NCBI GenBank assembly: GCA_022482625.1
Contig: JAKVOU010000001.1
Location: forward strand, 1,038,784 to 1,102,783
DNA length: 64,000 bases
Direction: 5' to 3'
From: Spirochaetia bacterium
Lineage (GTDB): Bacteria > Spirochaetota > Spirochaetia > Sphaerochaetales > Sphaerochaetaceae
How positions within the stretch are numbered: position 1 is the first letter of the stretch; each line of letters starts with the position of its first letter. A program made the translations under genes and the position numbers. Under the pieces are notes generated by a model, which was given only the letters and a program-made list of their open reading frames with translations, had not been told where the DNA came from and made no database searches. Shown here piece after piece: positions 56,169-64,000 of the stretch.

Positions 56169-56366
56169 TCAGAAGTTACTTTCCAATTTCTCCGGGTCAA
56201 CATAAATTTCGACTTTACCACATTGGGGGCAGACGGCTGCCTTGACATAATTCAAAGACAAGCCACAGATACCTTCCTTTTGGATAAAGAGGCTATTCTT
56301 ATCCTGTCCTTTCAGTTCATATCCCTCGACAAGTTCAGTACCACATCTTGTACATAACCTTTTCAT
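56169..56366 (-). CDS. Small zinc-ribbon protein
   Basis: 65 aa with CTRCG...CPQCG Cys pairs. GGAGGA precedes the ATG at 56366. Confidence 0.55.
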   Translation of the reverse strand: MKRLCTRCGTELVEGYELKGQDKNSLFIQKEGICGLSLNYVKAAVCPQCGKVEIYVDPEKLESNF

Positions 56367-56416
56367 ATATGTTTCCTCCATTTCCTTACTTATAGCAAAG
56401 TAAAAAGTACTCTCCC

Positions 56417-56701
56417 TCAGTCATTTCCAGTGCCGACAAGGTCGGCTTTTTCTTCATTATGCTGTAGCGCAACCTCCTCAGCCAGCTGCCGCTGCGAATT
56501 CAAATTTGCAGAAGAATAGACGGAAAATGAATTACTGAACGGATTGACAAAGGCTTCAGGTTTTTTTTCTTCCTTGGTCACTTTCGATGCCTTCGCGTCT
56601 ACGGTCTTGTTCAGTTCTTGAATTTCCTTTCCTGCGCAGGCTTCGAAGCAAACAGTTGATAATATAAGGACCACAAGCAAGCCAACCCATCTTACTTTCA
56701 T
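56417..56701 (-). CDS. Small lipoprotein/secreted protein (hypothetical)
   Basis: AGGAGG precedes the ATG at 56701. It has a signal sequence (MKVRWVGLLVVLILSTVCFEAC) with a lipobox-like Cys. Confidence 0.5.
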   Translation of the reverse strand: MKVRWVGLLVVLILSTVCFEACAGKEIQELNKTVDAKASKVTKEEKKPEAFVNPFSNSFSVYSSANLNSQRQLAEEVALQHNEEKADLVGTGND

Positions 56702-56840
56702 GTTCCACTTCCTCCTGTCTAGATAGTACTCAAGATAACACTCAAAGGTCAAATCTCTTGCAGATATATTTTCCCTTATATCTCATCTTCACGTATCAAC
56801 TATAGCACTCAGGAAACAGTCAGCCTGCTGACAAGGAAAA

Positions 56841-58010
56841 CTACAGGTATTTTACCAGGTCCTTGTAGGGAGACTGACGTATATAGCTCTCACAAAAACT
56901 ATCCTTCGACACAAAAACTGACTGAAGCCGTTCACATCCATCAAGAAAGTTACTGCCGATAGCTTTGACTGAAGCCGGCAAGGCTATGGTCTTCAAGCTT
57001 TTGCAGTTCTTGAGGGCTTTGTCACCGATTGATTCCACCCCTTCAGGCAGTTCAAGATTCTGCACGGAACTACATTCCATGAAAGCCCCCTCACCTATTG
57101 TCTTCAGACTCCCTGGCAACTTTAAATCACGCAAAGAGATGCAGGAAGAAAAAGCAAAGTTTCCAATTGATTCCAATTCAGGTGGCATGATAACGGACGC
57201 CAATGACGAACAACCATGGAAAGTCATTTCAGCAAGATCCCTCAGGTCATCAGGCAACCGTACTTCCGTAAGTGCAGCACAATCTGTAAACATATCATCA
57301 CCCATCAGATGCAGTCCATCTGGCATACGTACCGACTTCAAGGTTGCACAGCCTCTGAAGGCTGCTTTTCCTATAGTCATACAGCCCTGCGGTATCTCAA
57401 TTTCTTCAAGTGACAGACAATTTACAAAAGCCGTTTCGCCTATCGTGCGGAGAGTCGACGGCAATTTGAGTTTCTTCAGTTCCGTACACTCTGCGAAGCA
57501 ACTCTCTCCTATTTCTTCCAATGTCTCAGGAAGGACAACTTGTTCAAGTTTAGAACAATAGGCAAACATCAAAGAAGAAAGCTGATGCAAGGAAGATGGT
57601 AAACTGATTTGGGAAAGAGATGTACATCCTGCAAATACGGAACTTCCGACCTCGGACAGCCCATCCTCCATATCCACCCGCTTGAGTTTCGTGCATTTTT
57701 CAAATGCAGCCTTTTCTATGCATTTCACTTCCTTGGGAATAATGATATTTTTCAGCTTTGATTTCTTGAATGCTTTCTCCTTTATGATATCCACACTTCC
57801 ATTGAACTTTACTTCTTTAAGTGTCTTGTTTTTCTTGAAAGCACCGGGTTCAATGCTGGTAATATCAGGAGGAATAGTAAAGACCTTGTCATTTCCATCC
57901 TTAGGATATTTGACAAGTACCTGCATTGTCTTATCATAGACAACACCCTTGACCCGGACAAAGCAGACACCGTCTTTAAATACATATTTCAACTTATGCT
58001 CCTTGACCAT
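56841..58010 (-). CDS. BspA-type leucine-rich-repeat protein
   Basis: About 14 tandem 23-aa repeats of the form LxxIxIPxxVxxIGxxAFxxCxxL. No signal peptide is visible. Confidence 0.8.
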   Translation of the reverse strand: MVKEHKLKYVFKDGVCFVRVKGVVYDKTMQVLVKYPKDGNDKVFTIPPDITSIEPGAFKKNKTLKEVKFNGSVDIIKEKAFKKSKLKNIIIPKEVKCIEKAAFEKCTKLKRVDMEDGLSEVGSSVFAGCTSLSQISLPSSLHQLSSLMFAYCSKLEQVVLPETLEEIGESCFAECTELKKLKLPSTLRTIGETAFVNCLSLEEIEIPQGCMTIGKAAFRGCATLKSVRMPDGLHLMGDDMFTDCAALTEVRLPDDLRDLAEMTFHGCSSLASVIMPPELESIGNFAFSSCISLRDLKLPGSLKTIGEGAFMECSSVQNLELPEGVESIGDKALKNCKSLKTIALPASVKAIGSNFLDGCERLQSVFVSKDSFCESYIRQSPYKDLVKYL

Positions 58011-58025
58011 ATGATAGTCGAAAAA

Positions 58026-58259
58026 TCATTCTTCATCATCCCAATAGGTATCAAACTGTCCCCAGAAGGGATCAAAAGAGGTCTCGACACAAGCAGAACA
58101 ATAATAATCCGCCTGCCAATTCTCAGGGATCAGCCCATCTTTCGGATCATAGAAAGAAAGGACAGCTTTTTCACCCTTGCTTGTCCTGATACCTTGGGCA
58201 TCCAGTTCCTGCTGTGTAAGACCACATTTTGCACAGCAACATTGCCGTTCGTCATTCAT
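58026..58259 (-). CDS. Small Cys-rich hypothetical protein
   Basis: 77 aa, with CCAKCG ... CSAC and an acidic tail. The start is placed after the terminator at 58273..58311, so the listed start 58307 is rejected. Confidence 0.45.
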   Translation of the reverse strand: MNDERQCCCAKCGLTQQELDAQGIRTSKGEKAVLSFYDPKDGLIPENWQADYYCSACVETSFDPFWGQFDTYWDDEE

Positions 58260-58272
58260 CTCTGGTACACCT

Positions 58273-58311
58273 AAAAAAACAGACATGAGGTAACGCTTTA
58301 CCCTCATGTCT
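58273..58311 (-). terminator. Intrinsic terminator after the PTS IIA-like gene
   Basis: Minus strand: AGACATGAGG-10 nt-CCTCATGTCT (10-bp stem) followed by a T7 run (A7 on the plus strand at 58273..58279). Confidence 0.75.
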
Positions 58312-58334
58312 GTCCCTATATCTTACATACACAA

Positions 58335-58787
58335 TTACTCTGAAAACAATTGCAAGACTTCTTTGGCACTCTTGCATTGCTCAAGCATACGTCTGAAGAC
58401 CTGACTGGAACAACTACGTGCTATCGCAGCCAAAACTTCAACATGGGCAGAGGCAGCACTTACTGGCGCCACTACCAGAAAGAAGAGCCTGCTTTTCAGG
58501 TTGTCAGGAGAATCAAAGTCAATCGGCACCCTTGAGACCCCAACGGCAAGACAGATTGAATCAACTGCCTCACTCTGGGCATGTGGAATACAGATCCCTT
58601 TCCCAATGCCAGTAGAACCTAAGGATTCCCTATCCAATACCGATTGCAGGACAGCATCTTTCTGTTTTGCATCAAGACCCTTCCCTGCCGCAAGGACACC
58701 CACAAGTTCTTCAAGGACACCGGCCTTGTCAGTAGCTGAAAGAGGTACCTTGATCAAATCCTCTCTCAGAATATCCACCAAATTCAT
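58335..58787 (-). CDS. PTS EIIA type-2 domain protein (PtsN/nitrogen-regulatory IIA-like)
   Basis: GIGKGICIPHAQ with the phosphorylatable His; 150 aa. Confidence 0.8.
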   Translation of the reverse strand: MNLVDILREDLIKVPLSATDKAGVLEELVGVLAAGKGLDAKQKDAVLQSVLDRESLGSTGIGKGICIPHAQSEAVDSICLAVGVSRVPIDFDSPDNLKSRLFFLVVAPVSAASAHVEVLAAIARSCSSQVFRRMLEQCKSAKEVLQLFSE

Positions 58788-58808
58788 TTTGTATGCTCCT
58801 TCCCAGTC

Positions 58809-59291
58809 TTATTCGTCAAAGCTATTCCAGACATCTTCTTCATCCCTGACAAGCATGACAGGACACGTTACGGTCCTTACCATACGGTCAGTTTCACTAT
58901 TGAGATCATCAAGTCGGCTACGGATAGTTGACATACCACCAAGGACCAGAAGATCTATTCCGTTTTCCTTGATATAATCACGGACAATCCTATGCGCCGA
59001 CCCCTCTTCAGTGATACATGATATAGCAACATTCTTCATTTTTGCAAGCTTTGTTGCATGCTTCAGATATCTTTCTGCATCCTTATGCAAATCCCTTTGA
59101 TAGGCAGATCGCTCTGAGTCAATAAAAATACCGGATTTAACCAGTTCTGACAATGCCCGAGTATTGACGACATACATGGCATCAAGCTTTGAGGCATCTT
59201 GCTTAGCTAGCAAAATGGCATACATGACAGCCGACAAGGAATCTTCGGATCCATCAACATAAACCATGATGTGCTTGAACGGTACGCTCAT
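58809..59291 (-). CDS. Universal stress protein
   Basis: IMVYVDGS, and LLVLGGMSTIRSRLDDLNSETDRMVRTVTCPVMLV. The start overlaps the atpD stop (ATGA). Confidence 0.8.
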   Translation of the reverse strand: MSVPFKHIMVYVDGSEDSLSAVMYAILLAKQDASKLDAMYVVNTRALSELVKSGIFIDSERSAYQRDLHKDAERYLKHATKLAKMKNVAISCITEEGSAHRIVRDYIKENGIDLLVLGGMSTIRSRLDDLNSETDRMVRTVTCPVMLVRDEEDVWNSFDE

Positions 59292-59992
59292 TTTCCAACC
59301 TCCCTTGGAACAGGTTCCACGACTTTTGCCATGGTCAGCTTCTTTCCGCTTTTTCTGCGATCGGCAGCCAGACGTTCCTTTTCCATCCGATCCTTGACAT
59401 TCTTGAGAAGAATGAAACTTTCCCTCTCACTTTCCTCAATCCTACCCTTCATGTATTTGATGGTTTCTTCTGTCTCAGGAATTGAAATCTTGTCAAGCGC
59501 ATTTACCTTCCTGATCGTCTTCTTGACTTCCCTGCTCAGCCGCATGATTGAGACCTTCAGTTCAGCAAGGCGTCCCATCAGTTCAAGGCTTTCAGAAAAC
59601 CGCTGGATACCCAGTTCAGCAAGCAAAGTGGCACTCTCTTCGGAAAAATAGGGCCCATGATCCTCAAAAGTCGTATCCACGACAGGAACAGACACACCCA
59701 TCACCTTGCGGCTTTTTACTTCAATGGTATATTCAATGTTGGTAGCACCACTGAGATTGCCTACTTTCAGCCTTCCCATCTCCATGATAGCCCGTCGTAA
59801 GGTATCCCACGCAGTATCAAGGGACTTGTCGACACGGGTCTGGTAGTCAACAGCTTGGTCAACCAGCGCCAGTAGTTCAGACACAAGAATCTGCCGTTTC
59901 TGGTCAAGCAACTCATAGCCGAGTTTTGCAAACTTCAGGTTACCTTCCAGTTTCATCAGATTGCTCCGAGTAGGAGCTAACTTGTTGTCCAT
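59288..59992 (-). CDS. atpD: V-type ATP synthase subunit D
   Basis: N-terminal PTRSNLMKLEGNLKFAKLGYELLDQKRQILV is typical of V/A-ATPase D. It follows subunit B directly. Confidence 0.85.
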   Translation of the reverse strand: MDNKLAPTRSNLMKLEGNLKFAKLGYELLDQKRQILVSELLALVDQAVDYQTRVDKSLDTAWDTLRRAIMEMGRLKVGNLSGATNIEYTIEVKSRKVMGVSVPVVDTTFEDHGPYFSEESATLLAELGIQRFSESLELMGRLAELKVSIMRLSREVKKTIRKVNALDKISIPETEETIKYMKGRIEESERESFILLKNVKDRMEKERLAADRRKSGKKLTMAKVVEPVPREVGK

Positions 59993-61408
59993 CTACTCTT
60001 CTGCCTCCACCCAGTGTTCTTCGATCTCATCTTCACTCAATCGCTGCAATTCTTCAGCAGGCAAATAGCCAAGGGCCTTCCAGCCGATGTCCAGAGTTTC
60101 CTCAATCGAACGGTTTTCATCAAATCCCTGGTTGATGAAATGCTTCTCAAAATAATCACCGAACTTGATATACTGCTTGTCAATCGGAGTCAGTTCTTCT
60201 TCACCGATGACAGAAGCCAGGTTCCTGACATCCTGCACATGGGAATACGAGGCAAAGAGCTGGTTTGACAGATGGGGATGGTCAGCCCTAGTCATTCCTT
60301 CTCCGATACCGTCTTTCATAAGTCGAGAAAGTGACGGAAGAGGATTGATCGGCGGATAAATCTCTGCAGCATGCATCGATCTGTCAAATACGATCTGTCC
60401 CTCGGTAATATATCCGGTCAAATCGGGAATAGGATGCGAAATATCATCATTAGGCATGGAAAGGATAGGCAATTGGGTAATGGAACCGGTACTACCTTCT
60501 ACCTTACCTGACCGTTCGTACAACTCAGCCAAATCAGAATACAAGTATCCGGGATAACCTTTCCTTGATGGGATTTCGCCTCTGAGTGTCGAAATTTCAC
60601 GGATTGATTCACAGTAGTTCGTCATGTCGGTCATGATGACAAGCACCTGCTTGTTTTTCTCAAACGCAAGATACTCTGCCAATGTCAGAGCTGTACGTGG
60701 TGTAATTGTCCTTTCAATGGAAGGATCATCTGCCAGTGAAAGGAAAAGTGCCACATTACCGATTACCCCGCTATCCTCAAAGGAAGAAATGAAGTATCTG
60801 GCTACATCATACTTGACTCCCATGGCGGCAAAGACAATGGAAAAATCATTGTCACTGCCCCGTACGGTAGCTTGACGTACAATCTGAGCTGCAAGCTCAT
60901 TGTGTTCCATGCCATTGCCACTGAAGATCGGCAGTTTCTGTCCCTGAATCAAAGTAGTCATACCATCAATGACAGAAATACCTGTCTGGATGAAATTCCT
61001 CGGATAGAGACGGGCCGTTGGGTTGATCGGCTCGCCGTTGACACTTCTGTCCTCGGCACCTTGGGGAATGGGAGAACCATCCCTGCTCTGTCCCAAGCCG
61101 TTCATGACTCTTCCAAGCATACCCTCTGACACCGGCAATGTAAGCGGATGTCCCATGAAATGCATGCCTGTCCCCGGCATGGTCAGTCCACTGGTCCCCT
61201 CAAACACCTGTACACATACTACATCATCACTGGTATCAAGTACTTGTCCTGACCTTCTTGACCCATCAGGAGCAATGACCTCAACAAGTTCCCCATATCC
61301 GATAGGATGGGTATTCCTCATATACACAAGGGGGCCGTCGATCTTACTGGCTCCCAGATACTCCCTGCCGGCCAGCAAAGCCTTATCAAGACTTTCATTC
61401 TTCTTCAT
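59993..61408 (-). CDS. atpB: V-type ATP synthase subunit B
   Basis: Regulatory-subunit motifs: [48 protein letters not shown]. The ATG at 61408 follows GGAGG and overlaps atpA by 14 nt. Confidence 0.9.
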   Translation of the reverse strand: MKKNESLDKALLAGREYLGASKIDGPLVYMRNTHPIGYGELVEVIAPDGSRRSGQVLDTSDDVVCVQVFEGTSGLTMPGTGMHFMGHPLTLPVSEGMLGRVMNGLGQSRDGSPIPQGAEDRSVNGEPINPTARLYPRNFIQTGISVIDGMTTLIQGQKLPIFSGNGMEHNELAAQIVRQATVRGSDNDFSIVFAAMGVKYDVARYFISSFEDSGVIGNVALFLSLADDPSIERTITPRTALTLAEYLAFEKNKQVLVIMTDMTNYCESIREISTLRGEIPSRKGYPGYLYSDLAELYERSGKVEGSTGSITQLPILSMPNDDISHPIPDLTGYITEGQIVFDRSMHAAEIYPPINPLPSLSRLMKDGIGEGMTRADHPHLSNQLFASYSHVQDVRNLASVIGEEELTPIDKQYIKFGDYFEKHFINQGFDENRSIEETLDIGWKALGYLPAEELQRLSEDEIEEHWVEAEE

Positions 61409-63176
61409 AAATGCCTCCAAGCTTGTCAATGCTACGTTCAAGTTTCAGTTCCAACTTGTCTATCTGGGAAACATCATCATTGGGAACAACGGATTTCATC
61501 TTCTGGATATCCTGCACAGCCTGCAGTCTTCTCAGCTTGATCAAAGGAACACCCTTCTTGATGGCCTCACTGCCCTTCTCCCAGTACGTAACGATGCACT
61601 GCAGCATCTTGACCTGCTTCGCAACAACACAATACCGGTCAATCTTATCAAAGGCATTCTGCTGCAGGAAAGCATTCTTGAATACACTGCACACTTCAAT
61701 GATGAAGTTCTGGGAATCCGGCAGGGCATCTGCACCGACCAGCTTGACGATCTGCTGCAGCCGGACTTCCCTCTGGAGCAATTCCATGATAATCTGACGG
61801 TTTTTCTGCCACGTATCATCACTGTGAGAATTCCACCAGTCTTTCACATCAAGCAGATATTCACTGTAGCTGTCAATCCAGCTGATAGCCGGATAATGCC
61901 TTGCAGAAGCCAAAGCACGGTCCAACCCCCAGAAACAACGCACAAAGCGCTTGGTATGCATAGTAACAGGTTCACTGAAATCACCGCCAGGAGGAGAGAC
62001 TGCTCCAATTACGGAAACGGATCCCTCTTCTTCACCGAGCGTCTTCATCAGACCTGCACGTTCATAGAACTCTGCAATCCTCGTTGCAAGGTAAGCAGGG
62101 AAGCCTTCTTCTGCAGGCATCTCTTCCATACGTCCGGAAAGTTCACGGAGAGCTTCTGCCCATCGTGAGGTAGAATCTGCCATGACTGCCACGGCATAAC
62201 CCATGTCCCTGTAGTATTCAGCCATGGTAATTCCCGTATAAATGGAAGCTTCACGTGCTGACACCGGCATATTGGATGTATTTGCTATAAGAATTGTGCG
62301 TTCCATCAGGCTTTTGCCATTTTTCGGATCAATAAGCTGTGGAAACTCACGCAGGACATCTGTCATTTCATTCCCGCGTTCTCCACAACCGATATATACG
62401 ATGAGGTCAGCATCACACCACTGTGCAATAGCATGTTGGGTCATCGTTTTTCCAGTTCCGAATCCGCCGGGAATGGCGACCGTACCACCTTTTGCAAGCG
62501 GGAACAGGGTATCGATTACCCTTTGACCTGTTATCAACGGTGCATGGAACGGCAACCTATTCTTTACAGGCCTAGGCTTTCGTATGGGCCATTTCTGTAT
62601 CATGGTTACCTTGAAATCGGTACCTTTGGTCTGAGAAATGGTAGCAATGATATCCTCGACGGTATAATCACCTTCTTCTACGATGTCGGTAACGATCCCA
62701 TCAGATGCCGTAGGCGGTACCATGATCTTGTGGACAATCGTCGTAGTTTCCTGTACGGTTCCCAGCATATGTCCAGCAGCAATGGCATCACCAGGCTTGG
62801 CAACAGGTACAAAATGCCATTTTTTCTTATGGTCGATACCATCAAAGGAAAGTCCTCGGGAAATAAACGTACCGCTGGCTTCCTCAAGCTTCTCAAGTGG
62901 TCTCTGTATGCCATCATAGATTGAACCGATAATCCCAGGCCCGAGTTCTGCACACAGCGGCATACCTGAACCATAGACATTATCGCCGGGACAAATTCCC
63001 GTTGCATCTTCATATACTTGGATGGTTGCTTCAGTATCAAACAGCTTGACGACTTCACCGATCAAGCGTTGTTCACCGACCCTGACCAATTCAAGCATTT
63101 CAGCATCCGTAACGTCAGTAACAGTGATGACAGGACCATTGACGCGTTTAATGTGTCCAATTACTCTTGTGGGCAT
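61395..63176 (-). CDS. atpA: V-type ATP synthase catalytic subunit A
   Basis: Walker [22 protein letters not shown], and [22 protein letters not shown]; 593 aa. Confidence 0.95.
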   Translation of the reverse strand: MPTRVIGHIKRVNGPVITVTDVTDAEMLELVRVGEQRLIGEVVKLFDTEATIQVYEDATGICPGDNVYGSGMPLCAELGPGIIGSIYDGIQRPLEKLEEASGTFISRGLSFDGIDHKKKWHFVPVAKPGDAIAAGHMLGTVQETTTIVHKIMVPPTASDGIVTDIVEEGDYTVEDIIATISQTKGTDFKVTMIQKWPIRKPRPVKNRLPFHAPLITGQRVIDTLFPLAKGGTVAIPGGFGTGKTMTQHAIAQWCDADLIVYIGCGERGNEMTDVLREFPQLIDPKNGKSLMERTILIANTSNMPVSAREASIYTGITMAEYYRDMGYAVAVMADSTSRWAEALRELSGRMEEMPAEEGFPAYLATRIAEFYERAGLMKTLGEEEGSVSVIGAVSPPGGDFSEPVTMHTKRFVRCFWGLDRALASARHYPAISWIDSYSEYLLDVKDWWNSHSDDTWQKNRQIIMELLQREVRLQQIVKLVGADALPDSQNFIIEVCSVFKNAFLQQNAFDKIDRYCVVAKQVKMLQCIVTYWEKGSEAIKKGVPLIKLRRLQAVQDIQKMKSVVPNDDVSQIDKLELKLERSIDKLGGIYEEE

Positions 63177-63778
63177 GAGCCCTCCTGCACGGCTACTTTC
63201 AGATCGCGGTCGAAGCGACGCATACGCACATCGACCTGGTTGTTGAACGAAATCTTGCCATTAAGGGAAGTAGCCACAACCCCTGGAGCAAGCAAACGTC
63301 GGGAATCAAGTTGCAATGCAATTGTCAGATCATATTTGTCCAAAGCCATTTTCTCAACTTTTCTGAGCATTTCCTCATTCACCGGTGTCGAGATACAAAA
63401 GGAAATCTTAGCCTTGTCAAGACCAAGGCCAAGTACTGCCTCCAGAATCCATGAGCAAAGCACTGCTTCGCCTTCTTTCCCTTGCAGCGTGCTGAGTACT
63501 TTTTCCCGCACATTTTCCAAAAGCTGGGTATACCTTCGATTGAGAATCTCAAGCTGCACTTTCCGGGCAATACTTCTTTTTGAAGCTTCAAGCTTCAACC
63601 CTTCGGTTGCAACTCTACCTGTATAGGACTTTTCTTCCAACATTACATCGTGCTTTGACTTTTCCACTGCATCTGCAATGATCTGGTCAGAGCGTACTTG
63701 GGCATTCTGTATGATTTTTTCAGCCTTTTTCTGGGCTTGTGCAGTTATGCCTCCCAACAATCCATTGTCCGTGTTCAC
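63161..63778 (-). CDS. atpE: V-type ATP synthase subunit E
   Basis: A long N-terminal charged helix (AQKKAEKIIQNAQVRSDQIIADAVEK) plus a globular C-terminal part, located upstream of atpA. Confidence 0.7.
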   Translation of the reverse strand: MNTDNGLLGGITAQAQKKAEKIIQNAQVRSDQIIADAVEKSKHDVMLEEKSYTGRVATEGLKLEASKRSIARKVQLEILNRRYTQLLENVREKVLSTLQGKEGEAVLCSWILEAVLGLGLDKAKISFCISTPVNEEMLRKVEKMALDKYDLTIALQLDSRRLLAPGVVATSLNGKISFNNQVDVRMRRFDRDLKVAVQEGSCPQE

Positions 63779-63791
63779 AACATTTCTCCAT

Positions 63792-64000
63792 TCATAAACT
63801 TATGCCAATTGCATCATTCACAAGCGAACGCAGATCTTTGCTCTTCTCCCCGCCAGGTCCCGGAATGACAACCACCAGAGGAAATGTCTCGGTAAAAAGA
63901 TATTTGTCGACGATGGAACTGATCATATCCGCTACCGGTTGCGTAATGATGATTATCCCATTGTTCGTATCGCTGATGGCTTTGTCCCAAGCAGCCTTGG
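63792..64000 (-). CDS. atpF: V-type ATP synthase subunit F, 3' part (gene continues beyond the window)
   Basis: The minus-strand frame is open from the window edge: AAWDKAISDTNNGIIIITQPVADMISSIVDKYLFTETFPLVVVIPGPGGEKSKDLRSLVNDAIGISL, stop at 63792..63794. It is not in the ORF track because no start lies in the window. Confidence 0.65.
   Translation of the reverse strand, partial: KAAWDKAISDTNNGIIIITQPVADMISSIVDKYLFTETFPLVVVIPGPGGEKSKDLRSLVNDAIGISL

Noticed and set aside
61023-62168. 381-aa plus-strand ORF, with several shorter ones, across the V-ATPase A/B genes
   Set aside because: It is antisense to strongly conserved atpA/atpB coding sequence (Walker A GGFGTGKT and others on the minus strand). 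The translation is low-complexity S/L/P-rich shadow sequence with no start context.
1-64000. CRISPR arrays, rRNA genes, retron or DGR reverse transcriptases
   Set aside because: No regularly spaced direct repeats were seen, no rRNA-like conserved stretches, and no ORF with the YxDD reverse-transcriptase motif in the track.

Overview
This is a 64-kb bacterial chromosomal window with dense coding on both strands. The gene content (V-type ATPase F-E-A-B-D operon, BspA-type leucine-rich-repeat protein, ThrH, several sugar ABC systems) tentatively suggests a Spirochaetota-like host such as Sphaerochaeta or Treponema; that placement is inference only. Most of the window is ordinary core genome: AI-2E permease, MarR, RluA, PHP phosphatase, MltG, MBL and HAD hydrolases, DksA, ThrH, NagB, MnmA, TrpS, a cysteine-desulfidase-like protein, ManA, an SDR, permeases, MntH, a beta-CASP RNase, MFS transporters and the V-ATPase operon. 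Three tRNAs were read by hand: Asp-GTC, Gly-CCC and Leu-CAG. I see four accessory or unusual areas. (1) 18.9-24.4 kb is a tRNA-Gly/tRNA-Leu-adjacent patch of decayed mobile DNA. It holds an integrase with an in-frame stop and a 3' truncation, and a 5'-truncated IS3 element. It also holds an IS630 element split into two oppositely oriented pieces that share a 27-bp inverted duplication, plus a frameshifted caspase-fold lipoprotein gene and a PBECR4-like nuclease gene. (2) 39.8-43.6 kb is a visibly AT-rich islet with an AAA-ATPase + RloB (AbiL-like) pair, whose RloB frame is broken at an A9 tract, followed by a Fic protein. (3) 31.7-39.7 kb is a GH130/GH20/ABC/LacI locus that looks like a beta-mannosyl-GlcNAc (N-glycan core) salvage system and contains one uncharacterised protein. 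(4) 50.1-56.1 kb is a same-strand cluster that opens with two paralogous proteins of unknown function, each internally duplicated (EthD/Dabb-like by eye), followed by MFS, VOC, LUD and Fe-ADH genes. The AbiL-like module and the cluster in (4) are my best candidates for something undescribed. I saw no CRISPR array and no rRNA. Several genes carry frameshifts or nonsense codons, two of them at homopolymer tracts, so assembly error has to be excluded before reading biology into them. All family assignments come from motif recognition in the supplied translations, and no database search was run.
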